A model generated the notes under the pieces. That model did no database searches and had not been told where the DNA came from. It saw only the letters and a list, made by a program, of their open reading frames with translations. Made by a program: the position numbers and the translations under genes. From contig CALUVR010000003.1 of the NCBI GenBank assembly GCA_944324285.1, forward strand, positions 1 through 64,000: 64,000 nucleotides of DNA, in the 5' to 3' direction. This document shows positions 10,172-20,051 of the stretch, piece by piece. This stretch comes from Candidatus Gastranaerophilales bacterium. Lineage in GTDB: Bacteria; Cyanobacteriota; Vampirovibrionia; Gastranaerophilales; Gastranaerophilaceae. Each line of letters starts with the position of its first letter. Position 1 is the stretch's first letter.

Positions 10172-11161
10172 ATGACATTGGATAGTAAGATTAGCATGGA
10201 ACTTGATACTCTTTACAGCGACTTTTCTTCATCACATCAGGAAGATGATGAAATAATAACAGGAATACACGACGAAACTCTTGAGGAAGAAACAAATCCG
10301 AAAACTTTCAGTTCAATAGCAAAAGAAGATGATATCTTGCAAATGTATTTAAAAGATGTCGGAAAAATTAAACTGCTTAATTCAAAAGAAGAAAAACTTC
10401 TCGGAAAAGACATTAAAGAGGGCGAAAACAAAAAAGCAGAGATTGCCAAGCGGAAACTCGTTCAGGCAAACCTTAGGCTTGTCGTAAGCATTGCAAAAAA
10501 ATACATTGGTCAGGGAGTTCTTTTTATGGATCTTGTGCAGGAAGGCTCGCTCGGTTTAATCAAGGCTGCCGAAAAATTTGATTATTCTAAAAATTTCAAA
10601 TTTTCAACATACGCGACCTGGTGGATTAAACAAACAATAATGCGAGCAATCGCAAACAATGCCAAAACTATAAGAATTCCTGTTCACATGGCAGATAAAA
10701 TAAGAAAGTATAAGAAAACTTACACTGCACTGTCCTTTGAACTCGGTCGCGAACCGACGGACAGAGAAATTGCTGAAAGACTGGGGCTTAACCTCAAAAA
10801 TATTGCAGCAATAAAAAGAGCAATAATAAAAGAACCGATAAGCCTAGAAACGCCTGTTACAGATGATTTGTGCGTAGGCGATTATATAGAGGATAAGAGT
10901 TACAACTCTCCTGATGTTCAGGCAAAAAACAATGCAATAAAAGGAAGTCTTGCCCACCTTTTGCAAACTCTAAACGAAAGAGAAAAACAAATCATCAACT
11001 GCCGCTTCGGAATAAACGGCACAAATCCGATGACACTTGAACAGCTAGGTAAAACTATGGGTTATTCCAAAGAAAGAATAAGGCAATTGGAAGAGGCTGC
11101 CCTGACTAAAATCAGGCAGAGAGAGGAACTGAGGCATTTCAGAGATTTTATTGAGGATTGA
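10172..11161 (+). CDS. rpoD: RNA polymerase sigma factor, sigma-70 family (regions 1.2, 2, 3, 4 present; likely primary sigma)
   Basis: Region 1.2/2: [15 protein letters not shown]...[19 protein letters not shown]...[18 protein letters not shown]...[16 protein letters not shown]. Region 4: [22 protein letters not shown]. Confidence 0.8.
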   Translation: MTLDSKISMELDTLYSDFSSSHQEDDEIITGIHDETLEEETNPKTFSSIAKEDDILQMYLKDVGKIKLLNSKEEKLLGKDIKEGENKKAEIAKRKLVQANLRLVVSIAKKYIGQGVLFMDLVQEGSLGLIKAAEKFDYSKNFKFSTYATWWIKQTIMRAIANNAKTIRIPVHMADKIRKYKKTYTALSFELGREPTDREIAERLGLNLKNIAAIKRAIIKEPISLETPVTDDLCVGDYIEDKSYNSPDVQAKNNAIKGSLAHLLQTLNEREKQIINCRFGINGTNPMTLEQLGKTMGYSKERIRQLEEAALTKIRQREELRHFRDFIED

Positions 11162-11169
11162 AAAGTTAG

Positions 11170-11200
11170 AGGGGCGAAGCCTTGGCTTCGCCCCTTTCTC
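11170..11200. terminator. GC-rich hairpin terminator between convergent genes
   Basis: AGGGGCGAAGCC-TTGG-CTTCGCCCCT followed by TTCTCT. Confidence 0.6.
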
Positions 11201-11215
11201 TAAACCGTTTTTACT

Positions 11216-12490
11216 CTAAATAGTCTTAATAGCTTCTTTGTTACTGCAGAGAATAACAAGTAAATCGCTCACCATTTTTGCTTTTTGGTTTTCGTCAAGA
11301 CTAACGACGTTATTGGAATTTAATTTATTCAGCGCCATTTCAACCATACCTACAGCACCTTCAACAATAGCTTTTTTAGCATCGACAATTGCAGCAGCCT
11401 GCTGTCTTTGAAGCATTGCAACGGCTATTTCAGGAGAATATGCAAGGTGGGAAATCTTTGCATCAACAATATTAAGCCCAGCAACCCTGACATTTTTCTG
11501 GATTTCTTCTTTGAGTTTTTGGGAAATTTCCTGGCTATCTCCTCTTAAAGACTGTACGCCTGAATCTTCCGGAGAATCGTAAGGGTACATTCTCACAATA
11601 TTTCTCAGCGCAGAATCACATTGAGCCGCAAGGAAAGTTTTATAATTATCCACATTAAACATGGCTTTTGCAGTATCCTGAACCTCCCAGATTACAATAA
11701 TCCCGACTTCAATCGGGTTTCCGAGTTCGTCGTTAATTTTTTGTTTGCCGTTATCAAGAGTCATAGCTTTCAGGGAAATCGGCACAAACATGGTTACACT
11801 CTGTGCAAGAGGGTTTACGTAATGCAGACCTGCGCCGCGCAGGGTTCCTATGTATTTACCGAAAACCGTCAAAACCATTGCTTCTTGAGGTTTGAGAAGT
11901 TTGAAGCCCGGGAACAAAAATACCAGAAGAACAGTACAAATAATTGCCGCAGCATACCAGCCGATTGAGAAAAACATCCAGATAATACCCGAGAAAATAA
12001 GCATCAAAAGCAGCATTACAAATCCGTTGATGGAAATTACACTGCGCTCCTTCTCTTTACTTTGAATTTCCAGTTCCTGCGATGGACATTCTTTGTTTTT
12101 TAATCTTGCTTTATTGCAGGAAGTTTCCAGAAATGCAATATTATCCATTACACCGGCAGGATTTTTCAGAAATAAATTAAAATATCTTGAAAGTTCGCCG
12201 TTATCAAACCAAATTCCGTTACAATCTGAACATTTATCAACAACAACTCCGTTAAAATACACCTTATCCATCTGCTTTCCGCATTCAGGACAGGTTCTTG
12301 CTTCTTCTTTAACCTTGATAGGCTCCATCTCGGCAGGATTAAGCAGCGGAATTTTTAACTCAAGCATACCACCGATTTTTTCCAGCATAGGGAATTTAAT
12401 CCATATAGATTTACACGTTTTGCAATATTTGATATTCAATCCCTCACGGTTATACAAACCGAGTTCAATATCACACTTCGGACATTTCAT
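11216..12490 (-). CDS. membrane protein with two N-terminal zinc ribbons and a C-terminal SPFH/band-7 (stomatin/prohibitin-like) domain
   Basis: CPKCD...CKTCKS and CPECG...CSDCNG ribbons. TM segments. SPFH-like region VLTVFGKYIGTLRGAGLHYVNP...GIIVIWEVQD. Confidence 0.7.
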   Translation of the reverse strand: MKCPKCDIELGLYNREGLNIKYCKTCKSIWIKFPMLEKIGGMLELKIPLLNPAEMEPIKVKEEARTCPECGKQMDKVYFNGVVVDKCSDCNGIWFDNGELSRYFNLFLKNPAGVMDNIAFLETSCNKARLKNKECPSQELEIQSKEKERSVISINGFVMLLLMLIFSGIIWMFFSIGWYAAAIICTVLLVFLFPGFKLLKPQEAMVLTVFGKYIGTLRGAGLHYVNPLAQSVTMFVPISLKAMTLDNGKQKINDELGNPIEVGIIVIWEVQDTAKAMFNVDNYKTFLAAQCDSALRNIVRMYPYDSPEDSGVQSLRGDSQEISQKLKEEIQKNVRVAGLNIVDAKISHLAYSPEIAVAMLQRQQAAAIVDAKKAIVEGAVGMVEMALNKLNSNNVVSLDENQKAKMVSDLLVILCSNKEAIKTI

Positions 12491-12526
12491 AATAATTCAT
12501 TCTCCTCTTATTATTTAAAAAGTACA

Positions 12527-14197
12527 CTACGCTTCTATAAGCGATTTTGCAAATTCCATTGATTGCTCATTTATGTCGCCGCCTGCGAGTTCCGCAAGCG
12601 CTTTAATTCTGTTATCTCCTGTTAATACGTACACTTCAACCTTTGTTTCATCCTCCTGAGATTTTCTGACATAGAAATGTTTGTCAGCCTTGGAGGCGAT
12701 TATCGGCTGGTGGGTGATTAAAATAATTTGATGATATTTTGATAATTCCTTAATCTCATCCGCAACGCTCTGTGAGGCTTTACCGGAAATCCCCGTGTCA
12801 ATTTCATCAAAAATAACTGTATCAATGTCGTCAGACTGCGCAAAAATTGATTTTATAGCAAGCATAACACGGGAAATTTCACCGCCGGAGGCGACTTTTG
12901 CAAGCGGTTTTAAATCCTCCGATACATTTGTTGAAATTAAAAATTCCACGTTATCAGCCCCGTCTGATGCAAGATCTTTAGGGGTAACTGATATTTGAAA
13001 ACGAGCCTTTGGAAGTTCAAGCTGCGAGAGTTTTTCTTCTATATAAACAGATAAAACTTTTGCATAATCCTGACGTTTTTCCGTTATTACAGCGGCTTTT
13101 TCAATAAGTTCAGAATGGAGTTTAGACACCTCTTTTTCAAGTTCTTCTATATTCTGTGTCGAAAATTCAATAGAAGAGAGTTCCTGCGCAAGCTTTTCTC
13201 CTGTTTGGATAACATCGGCAAGAGTTCCGCCGTATTTGCGTTTTAATTTATCAAGGAGGAACAGTCTTTCCTGAATTTCGTTCAAGCGTTCAGTGTCATT
13301 ATCAAGACTCTGGCTGTATTCGCGAAGTTCCGACCCGACATCCCGCAGACGCTCTATTGCATCTATCAGGTTTTGTTCGGAGTATTCAAGATTTTTATCC
13401 ATAGAAGCGGCTTTTGAAATATTTTGCTTAATTTTTCCGAGCGCTTCCATAATAGAGCCGTCATCACCGTTTATTGCCCAGTATGACGACCCTGTGAGTT
13501 CTTTCAATTTTTCCGCGTTTTCAAGAACTTCAAGTTCATTTGTTAAATCTTCATCCTCTGTTTCTGATTTAATTTCAGCAGATTCAATCTCATCTACCTG
13601 AAATTTCAAAAAATCAATCTGTGATTCAGTCGTATCAGCGGAATTTTTAGCGGCATCAAGAAGTTTTTGAGTATCCGTGTATTTTTTATAGAGTAAGCCG
13701 TATTCCTCCAGCAAAGCCCCGTAAACCTCTTTGGCGTAATTATCAAGCAGTGTAATATGGTACTTTGGCTGCATAAATACATAAGTCTGATGCTGGGAAT
13801 GGATATCCAGAAATAAGGATTTTATATGCTTTAAGAAATCCTGATTGATAAGAGTGCCGTTCAGACGGGTTCTGACAGATGATTGCGTAATCTCCTTGGT
13901 AAGAATTATTTCCGTTCCAAAATCATCAATTCCGTTTTCGTCAAAAAGTTTTTTTAAATCGTGCTTTGTATTATCAATTACAAGTTCAATTACAGCCTTT
14001 TCGCACCCGTTTTTTATAACGTCTTTAGAAACTCTTGGCGCAAAAGCAAGGTCAATCGCACTTATAAGTATACTTTTACCGGCGCCGGTTTCCCCTGTAA
14101 TTACGTTTAAGCCCTGATGAAAGTTTGCCGTCAGTTCGTCTATTAATATGTAATCTTTCAACTTCAACTGCTTAATCATACTTACAGGATATCTCAA
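12527..14197 (-). CDS. recN: DNA repair protein RecN
   Basis: N-terminal Walker A NVITGETGAGKSILISAIDLAF. Long coiled coil. C-terminal ABC signature / Walker B. Confidence 0.9.
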   Translation of the reverse strand: MRYPVSMIKQLKLKDYILIDELTANFHQGLNVITGETGAGKSILISAIDLAFAPRVSKDVIKNGCEKAVIELVIDNTKHDLKKLFDENGIDDFGTEIILTKEITQSSVRTRLNGTLINQDFLKHIKSLFLDIHSQHQTYVFMQPKYHITLLDNYAKEVYGALLEEYGLLYKKYTDTQKLLDAAKNSADTTESQIDFLKFQVDEIESAEIKSETEDEDLTNELEVLENAEKLKELTGSSYWAINGDDGSIMEALGKIKQNISKAASMDKNLEYSEQNLIDAIERLRDVGSELREYSQSLDNDTERLNEIQERLFLLDKLKRKYGGTLADVIQTGEKLAQELSSIEFSTQNIEELEKEVSKLHSELIEKAAVITEKRQDYAKVLSVYIEEKLSQLELPKARFQISVTPKDLASDGADNVEFLISTNVSEDLKPLAKVASGGEISRVMLAIKSIFAQSDDIDTVIFDEIDTGISGKASQSVADEIKELSKYHQIILITHQPIIASKADKHFYVRKSQEDETKVEVYVLTGDNRIKALAELAGGDINEQSMEFAKSLIEA

Positions 14198-14228
14198 AAT
14201 GGGGCATGACGCAATTATATTAAGTAAA

Positions 14229-15308
14229 TTAAAACTTATCAGGATTGAATTCAGGGTATTTCATGTAAAAATCACCTTTGAATTCTTCAAAGCCCTTGCC
14301 GTTTCTTAAATCAATATACTGCGGAAATGGGTCAAATCCGCCGTTTGAATAGGTTCCGTGCCAGTTATTATGTTTTAATAAATCTTGTTTTGCTATGGCA
14401 AAAAGTTTACAGTCTTTATAGGCGTAATTGTATTTAACGACGTATTCAGACTGAGCTTCATGAAGTCTGTCAAAACAGCCAAGATTGTTGTTGAATTTTT
14501 CATAATAGATCGTATAGTCGTGAAGTTTTTTATTTTTATTAAAAAACCCCTGATAAGTTTTTGCTGTTCCATTCGGGTATGCAACTCTGGTTAATCTTTC
14601 ATACCCCTCTGAGATATCGCTTACCCCGAGCGGCTTTTTAGCATCTCCCGAAAATTCTTTTACAAGGAAATCTGCATCATATATGCTTTTGGGAAAATTT
14701 TTCGGGTTTTCAAGAATTTGTGTTTCATCCCCTTTATAGACTCTTGACCACATCTGCCCGTTTTCTTTTTTGAATTGAGTAATTCTGCGGACTAATTTAT
14801 TGTCTGTGTTTAGAACAAGAATATCCCTGTAGGTTTCATCCTCTTTAACTTTTTTATAAGTAATTGTAGAGCCGTTTTTGAATTCTGTTTTTATAACTTC
14901 ATATTCGCCGTCGAAATACGGTTTAAAATCTTCAAATTTAGTAATCTTTGGAGTATACGGAAGCGGAGGGACATTTGGTTTGTTAAAATCAGACGGCGGA
15001 GTTATTGGAAGTGTTTCCGGTTTTGGCTGCTCCGCAATTGTAGGTTTAGGCGGTATAACAGTGGTAGATACCGGTTGAACTTCTACCTTTGGCATATTCG
15101 CCACAGAGTCAGGCTTTACATCAGTTTTTACCTTCAGAGATTTTTTCCCTCTGAAAATCAACCATGCTATCAAGCTTAAACCGACAACCGACGCTCCTGC
15201 TATTATTGCGTGCTGAGTCTGATTTAAAGTTTTTTCCCGTCCTTTTTGAACTGTTTGAGCAGATTTAAACGGTATTTGATATGTGTTGTTTACTCCGTAA
15301 ATTTTCAT
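14229..15308 (-). CDS. hypothetical membrane-anchored protein with proline-rich linker and MORN/YwqK-like repeats (weak)
   Basis: N-terminal TM (IIAGASVVGLSLIAWLIF). PxP-rich segment PPKPTIAEQPKPETLPITPP. Repeated Y/G-containing beta-hairpin-like units. Confidence 0.55.
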   Translation of the reverse strand: MKIYGVNNTYQIPFKSAQTVQKGREKTLNQTQHAIIAGASVVGLSLIAWLIFRGKKSLKVKTDVKPDSVANMPKVEVQPVSTTVIPPKPTIAEQPKPETLPITPPSDFNKPNVPPLPYTPKITKFEDFKPYFDGEYEVIKTEFKNGSTITYKKVKEDETYRDILVLNTDNKLVRRITQFKKENGQMWSRVYKGDETQILENPKNFPKSIYDADFLVKEFSGDAKKPLGVSDISEGYERLTRVAYPNGTAKTYQGFFNKNKKLHDYTIYYEKFNNNLGCFDRLHEAQSEYVVKYNYAYKDCKLFAIAKQDLLKHNNWHGTYSNGGFDPFPQYIDLRNGKGFEEFKGDFYMKYPEFNPDKF

Positions 15309-15376
15309 GATTTCTGTTTGTATAAAAAATGTAAAGAATTATTTTTGTTAGTTTCAGTGTGTTTATTAACAAGTAG

Positions 15377-16660
15377 TTATCCGTAGAATTCATCAGCATA
15401 ATAGGCGAATTCCAGATGCCCTGTGATAACGGTATCTCCGTCTTTTATTCCCATTGATTTAAGTTTTTCAAATACGCCCATGCCGGTCAGTATATTCTGA
15501 AATCGTATTACCTGTTCGGAATTCCTTTCATCAGTTACCTGTGCGAGTCTGGAGATTTTTCCGCCTGTTATTATATAGACGTCTTTTGCAGCTTTGGTTA
15601 TCTCATAGTCGCTGTCGTCGTTATTGTATGCGTCAAAATCTTCTTCAACAATAATTTCAGTAACAGGCTTTTCAATTTCATCAACCTTCTGTGACATAAA
15701 ATTAACCAGCTTATCTACATTTTCTCCGGTTACAGCAGAAATCAAAAATACATCCACTGATTTTTTCTTAAATTCTTCATATAATGTATTTTTCCTATCT
15801 TCATCAATTGCGTCGATTTTGTTCAGCGCAACAATTTGATAAAGTTTGCCTAGTTTTTCAGAATGTTTTGAAAGTTCAAGGTTAATTTTTTCATAATTTT
15901 CAAGAGGGTTTTCTTCAGTAGTGTCAACTATATGAACCAGAAATCTGCAGCGTTCCACATGTCGTAAAAAGTCATGTCCGAGTCCGACGCCTTCTGATGC
16001 CCCTTCAATAAGCCCCGGAATATCTGCAACCACGTAACCATCGCCTGAAGGCTTTCTTACAACCCCGAGGTTTGGAATAAGTGTTGTGAAAGGATAATCC
16101 GCGATTTTGGGTTTTGCAGAGCTTATTCTGCTGATAAATGTAGATTTCCCCGCGTTTGGCATACCGAGAAGCCCGACGTCCGCGATAAGTTTCAGTTCTA
16201 AAAATAATTCGCGCTCAATCGGTGGTTCGCCCGGTTCACAAAACTGCGGTGCGCGTTTCTGGGCTGTTGCAAATCTTGCGTTGCCCCTGCCGCCCCTGCC
16301 GCCTTTTGCAACAAGAACTTTCTGTTCGTGTTCTGTTAAATCAGCAATGATATTGCCGCTTTTTACATCCTTTACTACAGTCCCCACAGGAACTTTTATA
16401 TATAAATCTTTTGCCCAGCGTCCGTGGCAGTTTTTTATTCCGCCGTTTTCACCGCTTTCCGCTTTGAAAACCGATTTGTATTTAAAATCCATAAGCGTAG
16501 ACATATTTTCATCCGCTATCAAATATACATCGCCGCCTTTGCCTCCGTCGCCGCCTGCAGGTCCGCCTTTATCCACATATTTTTCGCGGCGCCAGGCGAC
16601 CATTCCGTTGCCGCCTCTGCCTGAAATTATCCTGATTTTTGTTTTATCTAAAAATTGCAT
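15377..16660 (-). CDS. obg: GTPase Obg/CgtA
   Basis: MQFLDKTKIRIISGRGGNGMVAWRREKYV...GGDGGKGGDVY Obg fold, then a G domain (GLLGMPNAGKST). Confidence 0.9.
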   Translation of the reverse strand: MQFLDKTKIRIISGRGGNGMVAWRREKYVDKGGPAGGDGGKGGDVYLIADENMSTLMDFKYKSVFKAESGENGGIKNCHGRWAKDLYIKVPVGTVVKDVKSGNIIADLTEHEQKVLVAKGGRGGRGNARFATAQKRAPQFCEPGEPPIERELFLELKLIADVGLLGMPNAGKSTFISRISSAKPKIADYPFTTLIPNLGVVRKPSGDGYVVADIPGLIEGASEGVGLGHDFLRHVERCRFLVHIVDTTEENPLENYEKINLELSKHSEKLGKLYQIVALNKIDAIDEDRKNTLYEEFKKKSVDVFLISAVTGENVDKLVNFMSQKVDEIEKPVTEIIVEEDFDAYNNDDSDYEITKAAKDVYIITGGKISRLAQVTDERNSEQVIRFQNILTGMGVFEKLKSMGIKDGDTVITGHLEFAYYADEFYG

Positions 16661-16703
16661 TTTTATATCCCTTATCAAGCCAAAACGGCTTTACTAATAT
16701 CAC

Positions 16704-16723
16704 GTTGGGCAAGTATGCCTAAC
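16704..16723. repeat. REP-like palindromic element copy 1 (GTTGGGCAAGTATGCCTAAC)
   Basis: 8-bp arms with a 4-nt spacer. Similar copies at 16763 and 18112. Confidence 0.6.
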
Positions 16724-16762
16724 CTACTTCATACAGCTGTGCTTGTTATTGCCGTTTTATCC

Positions 16763-16782
16763 GTTGGGCAGGTGTGTCAAAC
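16763..16782. repeat. REP-like palindromic element copy 2 (GTTGGGCAGGTGTGTCAAAC)
   Basis: Same family, degenerate. Confidence 0.55.
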
Positions 16783-16921
16783 CTACATTTTGCCAAATTT
16801 AAATTCGCACCGCTGTTATTTTTATTTGTATTATAATAATACTATGAAAATGATTAAAGAAAAGCTGTTCAGCAAAATTCCGGTAGAAATCGGTCCTGAC
16901 AGCGGATATGATAATTATATT

Positions 16922-17920
16922 ATGGCAATAGAATCAAGCTGCGACGAAACTGCCTGTGCCATTGTGAAAAATGGACGGGAAGTTATTGCAAATGTAGTTG
17001 CCTCACAGATTAAAACCCACGCAAAGTTCGGCGGTGTAATACCGGAAATTGCGGCACGCGAGCATCTTGATTCAATCAATATTGTAATAGAAGAAGCGTT
17101 TAATCAAGCAAAGGAAAACGCTGGGATTGAACCGCAGGATATCACTGCATTTGCAGGAACTGTCGGACCGGGGCTTGTCGGCTGCCTTCTGGTAGGATTG
17201 AATGCGACAAAGACTCTGGCTCTCGTTTATGACAAACCTTTTATCGGTGTTAATCACCTGAATGCTCATCTTTGCGGAAATTATATTGATACTGATTTAA
17301 AACCTCCTTTTATGGCGCTTCTTGTAAGCGGCGGACATACTCAGATTATTGATGTGAAATCTTATTCTGAACAGTATATTCTCGGAGAAACAATAGATGA
17401 TGCCGTCGGAGAGGCTTACGATAAAGTTGCGCGCTTAATAGGGCTTCCGTATCCTGGAGGTCCAAGGCTGGATAAGCTTGCTCAGGAAGGTAACCCTAAA
17501 GCTTATCAGCTCCCAAAAGCAAAAGTCGACGGGTATAATTTCAGTTTCAGCGGACTTAAAACTGCAGTATTAAGGCTGGTTAAAGATTTAAAAAATCAAT
17601 ATAACACTGAAGAACTCCCGGAAAATGTAATAAAAGATGTCTGCGCAAGTTTTCAGGAATGTGTATCGTCTACTTTATTAAAGAAACTTAAGCACGCCGC
17701 TGATGAAAACGGCTATAAACAAATCGTTATAGCAGGTGGGGTTGCTGCAAATTCAGAAATCAGAAAGAAAATTTTTAATCTTCAAAATGATGGTTATCAA
17801 GTATTTGCACCTCCTATGAAATATTGTACGGATAACGCGGCTATGGTTGCCTCCTGCGCTTACTTCAACACAAATACCTTTGACGATGTGAATGTTGAAG
17901 TGTTTTCCCGTGTGAAATAA
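16922..17920 (+). CDS. tsaD: tRNA N6-adenosine threonylcarbamoyltransferase TsaD (Kae1/Gcp family); the track ORF is extended upstream to 16655 through repeat DNA
   Basis: MAIESSCDETACAIV...HLNAHL...SGGV Kae1/TsaD signature. The likely start is the ATG at 16922 (alternative 16844). Confidence 0.85.
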   Translation: MAIESSCDETACAIVKNGREVIANVVASQIKTHAKFGGVIPEIAAREHLDSINIVIEEAFNQAKENAGIEPQDITAFAGTVGPGLVGCLLVGLNATKTLALVYDKPFIGVNHLNAHLCGNYIDTDLKPPFMALLVSGGHTQIIDVKSYSEQYILGETIDDAVGEAYDKVARLIGLPYPGGPRLDKLAQEGNPKAYQLPKAKVDGYNFSFSGLKTAVLRLVKDLKNQYNTEELPENVIKDVCASFQECVSSTLLKKLKHAADENGYKQIVIAGGVAANSEIRKKIFNLQNDGYQVFAPPMKYCTDNAAMVASCAYFNTNTFDDVNVEVFSRVK

Positions 17921-17940
17921 TGTAAACTTTTTAACTGTTT

Positions 17941-18640
17941 TTTTAGTCAGTGTGTGGCTTTAGCCGAAGCAATACAGATTTTTAAAAAAGTGAAGGGTGA
18001 GAAGTGAAGTGACTAATTTTTTTATTGAACCCCTCATCCTTCACTTTTTCCAGAACTGGATTTTTTAGGGCTGCGCCCTCAGAATGACATAAAAATTCAT
18101 TTAGCATCTTTGTTGGGCAGGTATGCCCAACCGACTTTTCTTAGACCCTGTTATTTTACCCCTCACCTGCCCTGCGGGCACCCTCTCCCGCAAGGGGAGA
18201 GGGAAGTGGAGTCATTGCGAGGCGAAGTCGAAGCAATCCAGCTTTTTAAGTGAATAGTGAAGGGTGATGGGTGAAAATCTTAAAATTCATTGCAATAGAA
18301 AGTTAACAATGCCCCTTTACTGGGGGTGGAAGCTTTCTTCCCTCTCCCTGCGGGAGAGGGTTAGGGTGAGGGGGCTGCATGAGAATAAGACTAAGAAGAA
18401 ATTCAGTACAGTTGAATTTGTTTTCGAAACCATAGCGGGAGCAGGGCGTGAGCGTATTGAGAAAATAAATTCAACTGATATTATTATTTTTAAATTACTT
18501 AACTCCGGCCCTCACACTTACGTTCTACCGCAGAGGGAAAGATTGTCACTGTACTATTGCCGTGTATAATTTGTTATCATTTCTTAATAATTTTTAATAT
18601 TATACCACCATTTGTGCAACTTTTTATCTTGAGCTTTTTT
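17941..18640. repeat. composite intergenic repeat region (MITE-like). It contains heptamer GTGARGR runs with inverted partners, GGGCTGCGCCCTCAGAATGAC, TAGCCGAAGCAAT, a GTTGGGCAGGTATGCCCAAC palindrome, and CCCTCTCCC-loop-GGGAGAGGG-TTAGGGTGAGGGGG hairpins
   Basis: 700 bp with no plausible CDS. The same modules recur, inverted, at 53.2-53.8 kb, and also at 24.3 kb. Confidence 0.75.
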
Positions 18641-18734
18641 ATTTTTGTTGAAAATAAGGTTAATCTGTGTGCAAATAAATTACTCCAACAATAATCATTA
18701 TAATTCGCAATCTTTCCAAGGCTTGACAAGTATA

Positions 18735-20051
18735 ATGTCAAAACGAATTACTATCAATCCCGATTATCTTGAAAGGCTGAGTGAGATTTCCGTAAGAGAA
18801 AAAGGCAGTGTGGGAAACCTGCCAAAGGATTTGTTCTGCCTTTTTAAGACAAATTCAAAGATTGAAAACGCAGCGAAAATTGCCCACGTTAAAGAAGCTT
18901 TAAATGAAGCGAATAAAATTCTTTCTAAAATTGAAGATATAAAGGTAGACAACGCTAAAAAGATGAACCTTAACAATCTTATTAATGCATTCCTGCCTAA
19001 GATTGCAAAGATAAACATTCAGCCCGACAGAATTCCGCGCATTATCACGGAAATGCGCAAAAGATTTACTCCTGATAAAGATGTGCTGGCTTCAATTTCT
19101 GAGGAAGCAGGCAAAGTTATTGAAAAAAGACTGCATTCAGCAGGCATATTGAAAGAAAATCAAAAAGTTCAGCTTACATATCTTGATCAGGGGAAATATA
19201 AAAATACGTTTAAATTACGTCTTATAGATAAAGAAGGCAACGACATTATTCATCCTAAGGTGCTTTTAAGTTTTAAATCAGCAAAAAGTTCAATGGAGCA
19301 GGTAAGGGTTCTTCTTGCACTTATGAAAGAATACTTTCAAAATATTAAACCTAAAAATTATCTGAGCGTTGTCACAAATGTACTTGACCATGCCTCTGTT
19401 AAAGTTGTTCCGCCTGAGAAAAAAGAACTTTATAAAAAATCTCTTCTTGACATTTACAGCAAAATGAAAATTAAAAATGAGGAACAAAAATTCTTGGATT
19501 TGATTGAAAAGACCATGTTTGATGAGATTAAGTACAACGGAGTCAACCCTGAAAGCAATCTTACACAATTTATCAAACGTTCAGCCGGTCATCCTATGAC
19601 AAAATCAAATTATATTGATGTTTATTATCTTAATACTTTAAATAATGTGGGATTATCTGAATTTTCCGACAGTGCTCTTCCGCCGATAACTAAAAACATT
19701 AACCTTCATAAATACGGACTTTTCCATGATGACTTACAGTTTAATAAAAATAATGAAGTAGAAGGCAGAGTTATTGATTACGGCGGTATAAAACCTCTTC
19801 TGGGTTTCAAGGCGCTTTCTGAAAACCGTATTGCCAGAAGATTTTTCCATAAAATTTCACAGATTGAATATAAGCACGATACGCAAAGAACTCAACTGGC
19901 AAGGGTAAAATACTGGAATGACCTATACAATGCCGCAATAACAGCATCCATCCCTAATCATCATGATATTCTACTCGCGCTTGAAACCAGTAAGTCCATA
20001 ATATTACCGGAATACAGACATTTGTTAGCCGATGTTAAGACAGCCCTCTAG
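18735..20051 (+). CDS. hypothetical protein (about 439 aa); the track start at the TTG at 18645 is unlikely
   Basis: Long ORF with no recognisable motif. The ATG at 18735 lies directly downstream of a TTGACA / TATAAT-like sequence. Confidence 0.55.
   Translation: MSKRITINPDYLERLSEISVREKGSVGNLPKDLFCLFKTNSKIENAAKIAHVKEALNEANKILSKIEDIKVDNAKKMNLNNLINAFLPKIAKINIQPDRIPRIITEMRKRFTPDKDVLASISEEAGKVIEKRLHSAGILKENQKVQLTYLDQGKYKNTFKLRLIDKEGNDIIHPKVLLSFKSAKSSMEQVRVLLALMKEYFQNIKPKNYLSVVTNVLDHASVKVVPPEKKELYKKSLLDIYSKMKIKNEEQKFLDLIEKTMFDEIKYNGVNPESNLTQFIKRSAGHPMTKSNYIDVYYLNTLNNVGLSEFSDSALPPITKNINLHKYGLFHDDLQFNKNNEVEGRVIDYGGIKPLLGFKALSENRIARRFFHKISQIEYKHDTQRTQLARVKYWNDLYNAAITASIPNHHDILLALETSKSIILPEYRHLLADVKTAL

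Noticed and set aside
16107-16697. 196-aa ORF antisense to obg, and similar long antisense ORFs (24727-25272 in dnaX, 22030-22488 in ribD)
   Set aside because: Antisense to strongly conserved genes, with Pro/Ser-rich low-complexity translation typical of the reverse frame of GC-richer coding DNA.
18264-18569. ORF-track CDS (101 aa) within the repeat region, translating LSLRERVRVRG-type peptides
   Set aside because: It lies entirely on GC-rich hairpin repeats (CCCTCTCCC...GGGAGAGGG, GGGTGAGGGGG). The same pseudo-peptides appear wherever the repeat occurs, and there is no RBS. So it is an artefact of repeat translation.
17941-18640. Possible CRISPR array, because of the many short GC-rich repeats
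   Set aside because: The repeats are heterogeneous modules, both inverted and direct, with irregular spacing. No constant-length repeat/spacer periodicity was found, and no cas genes are in the window.
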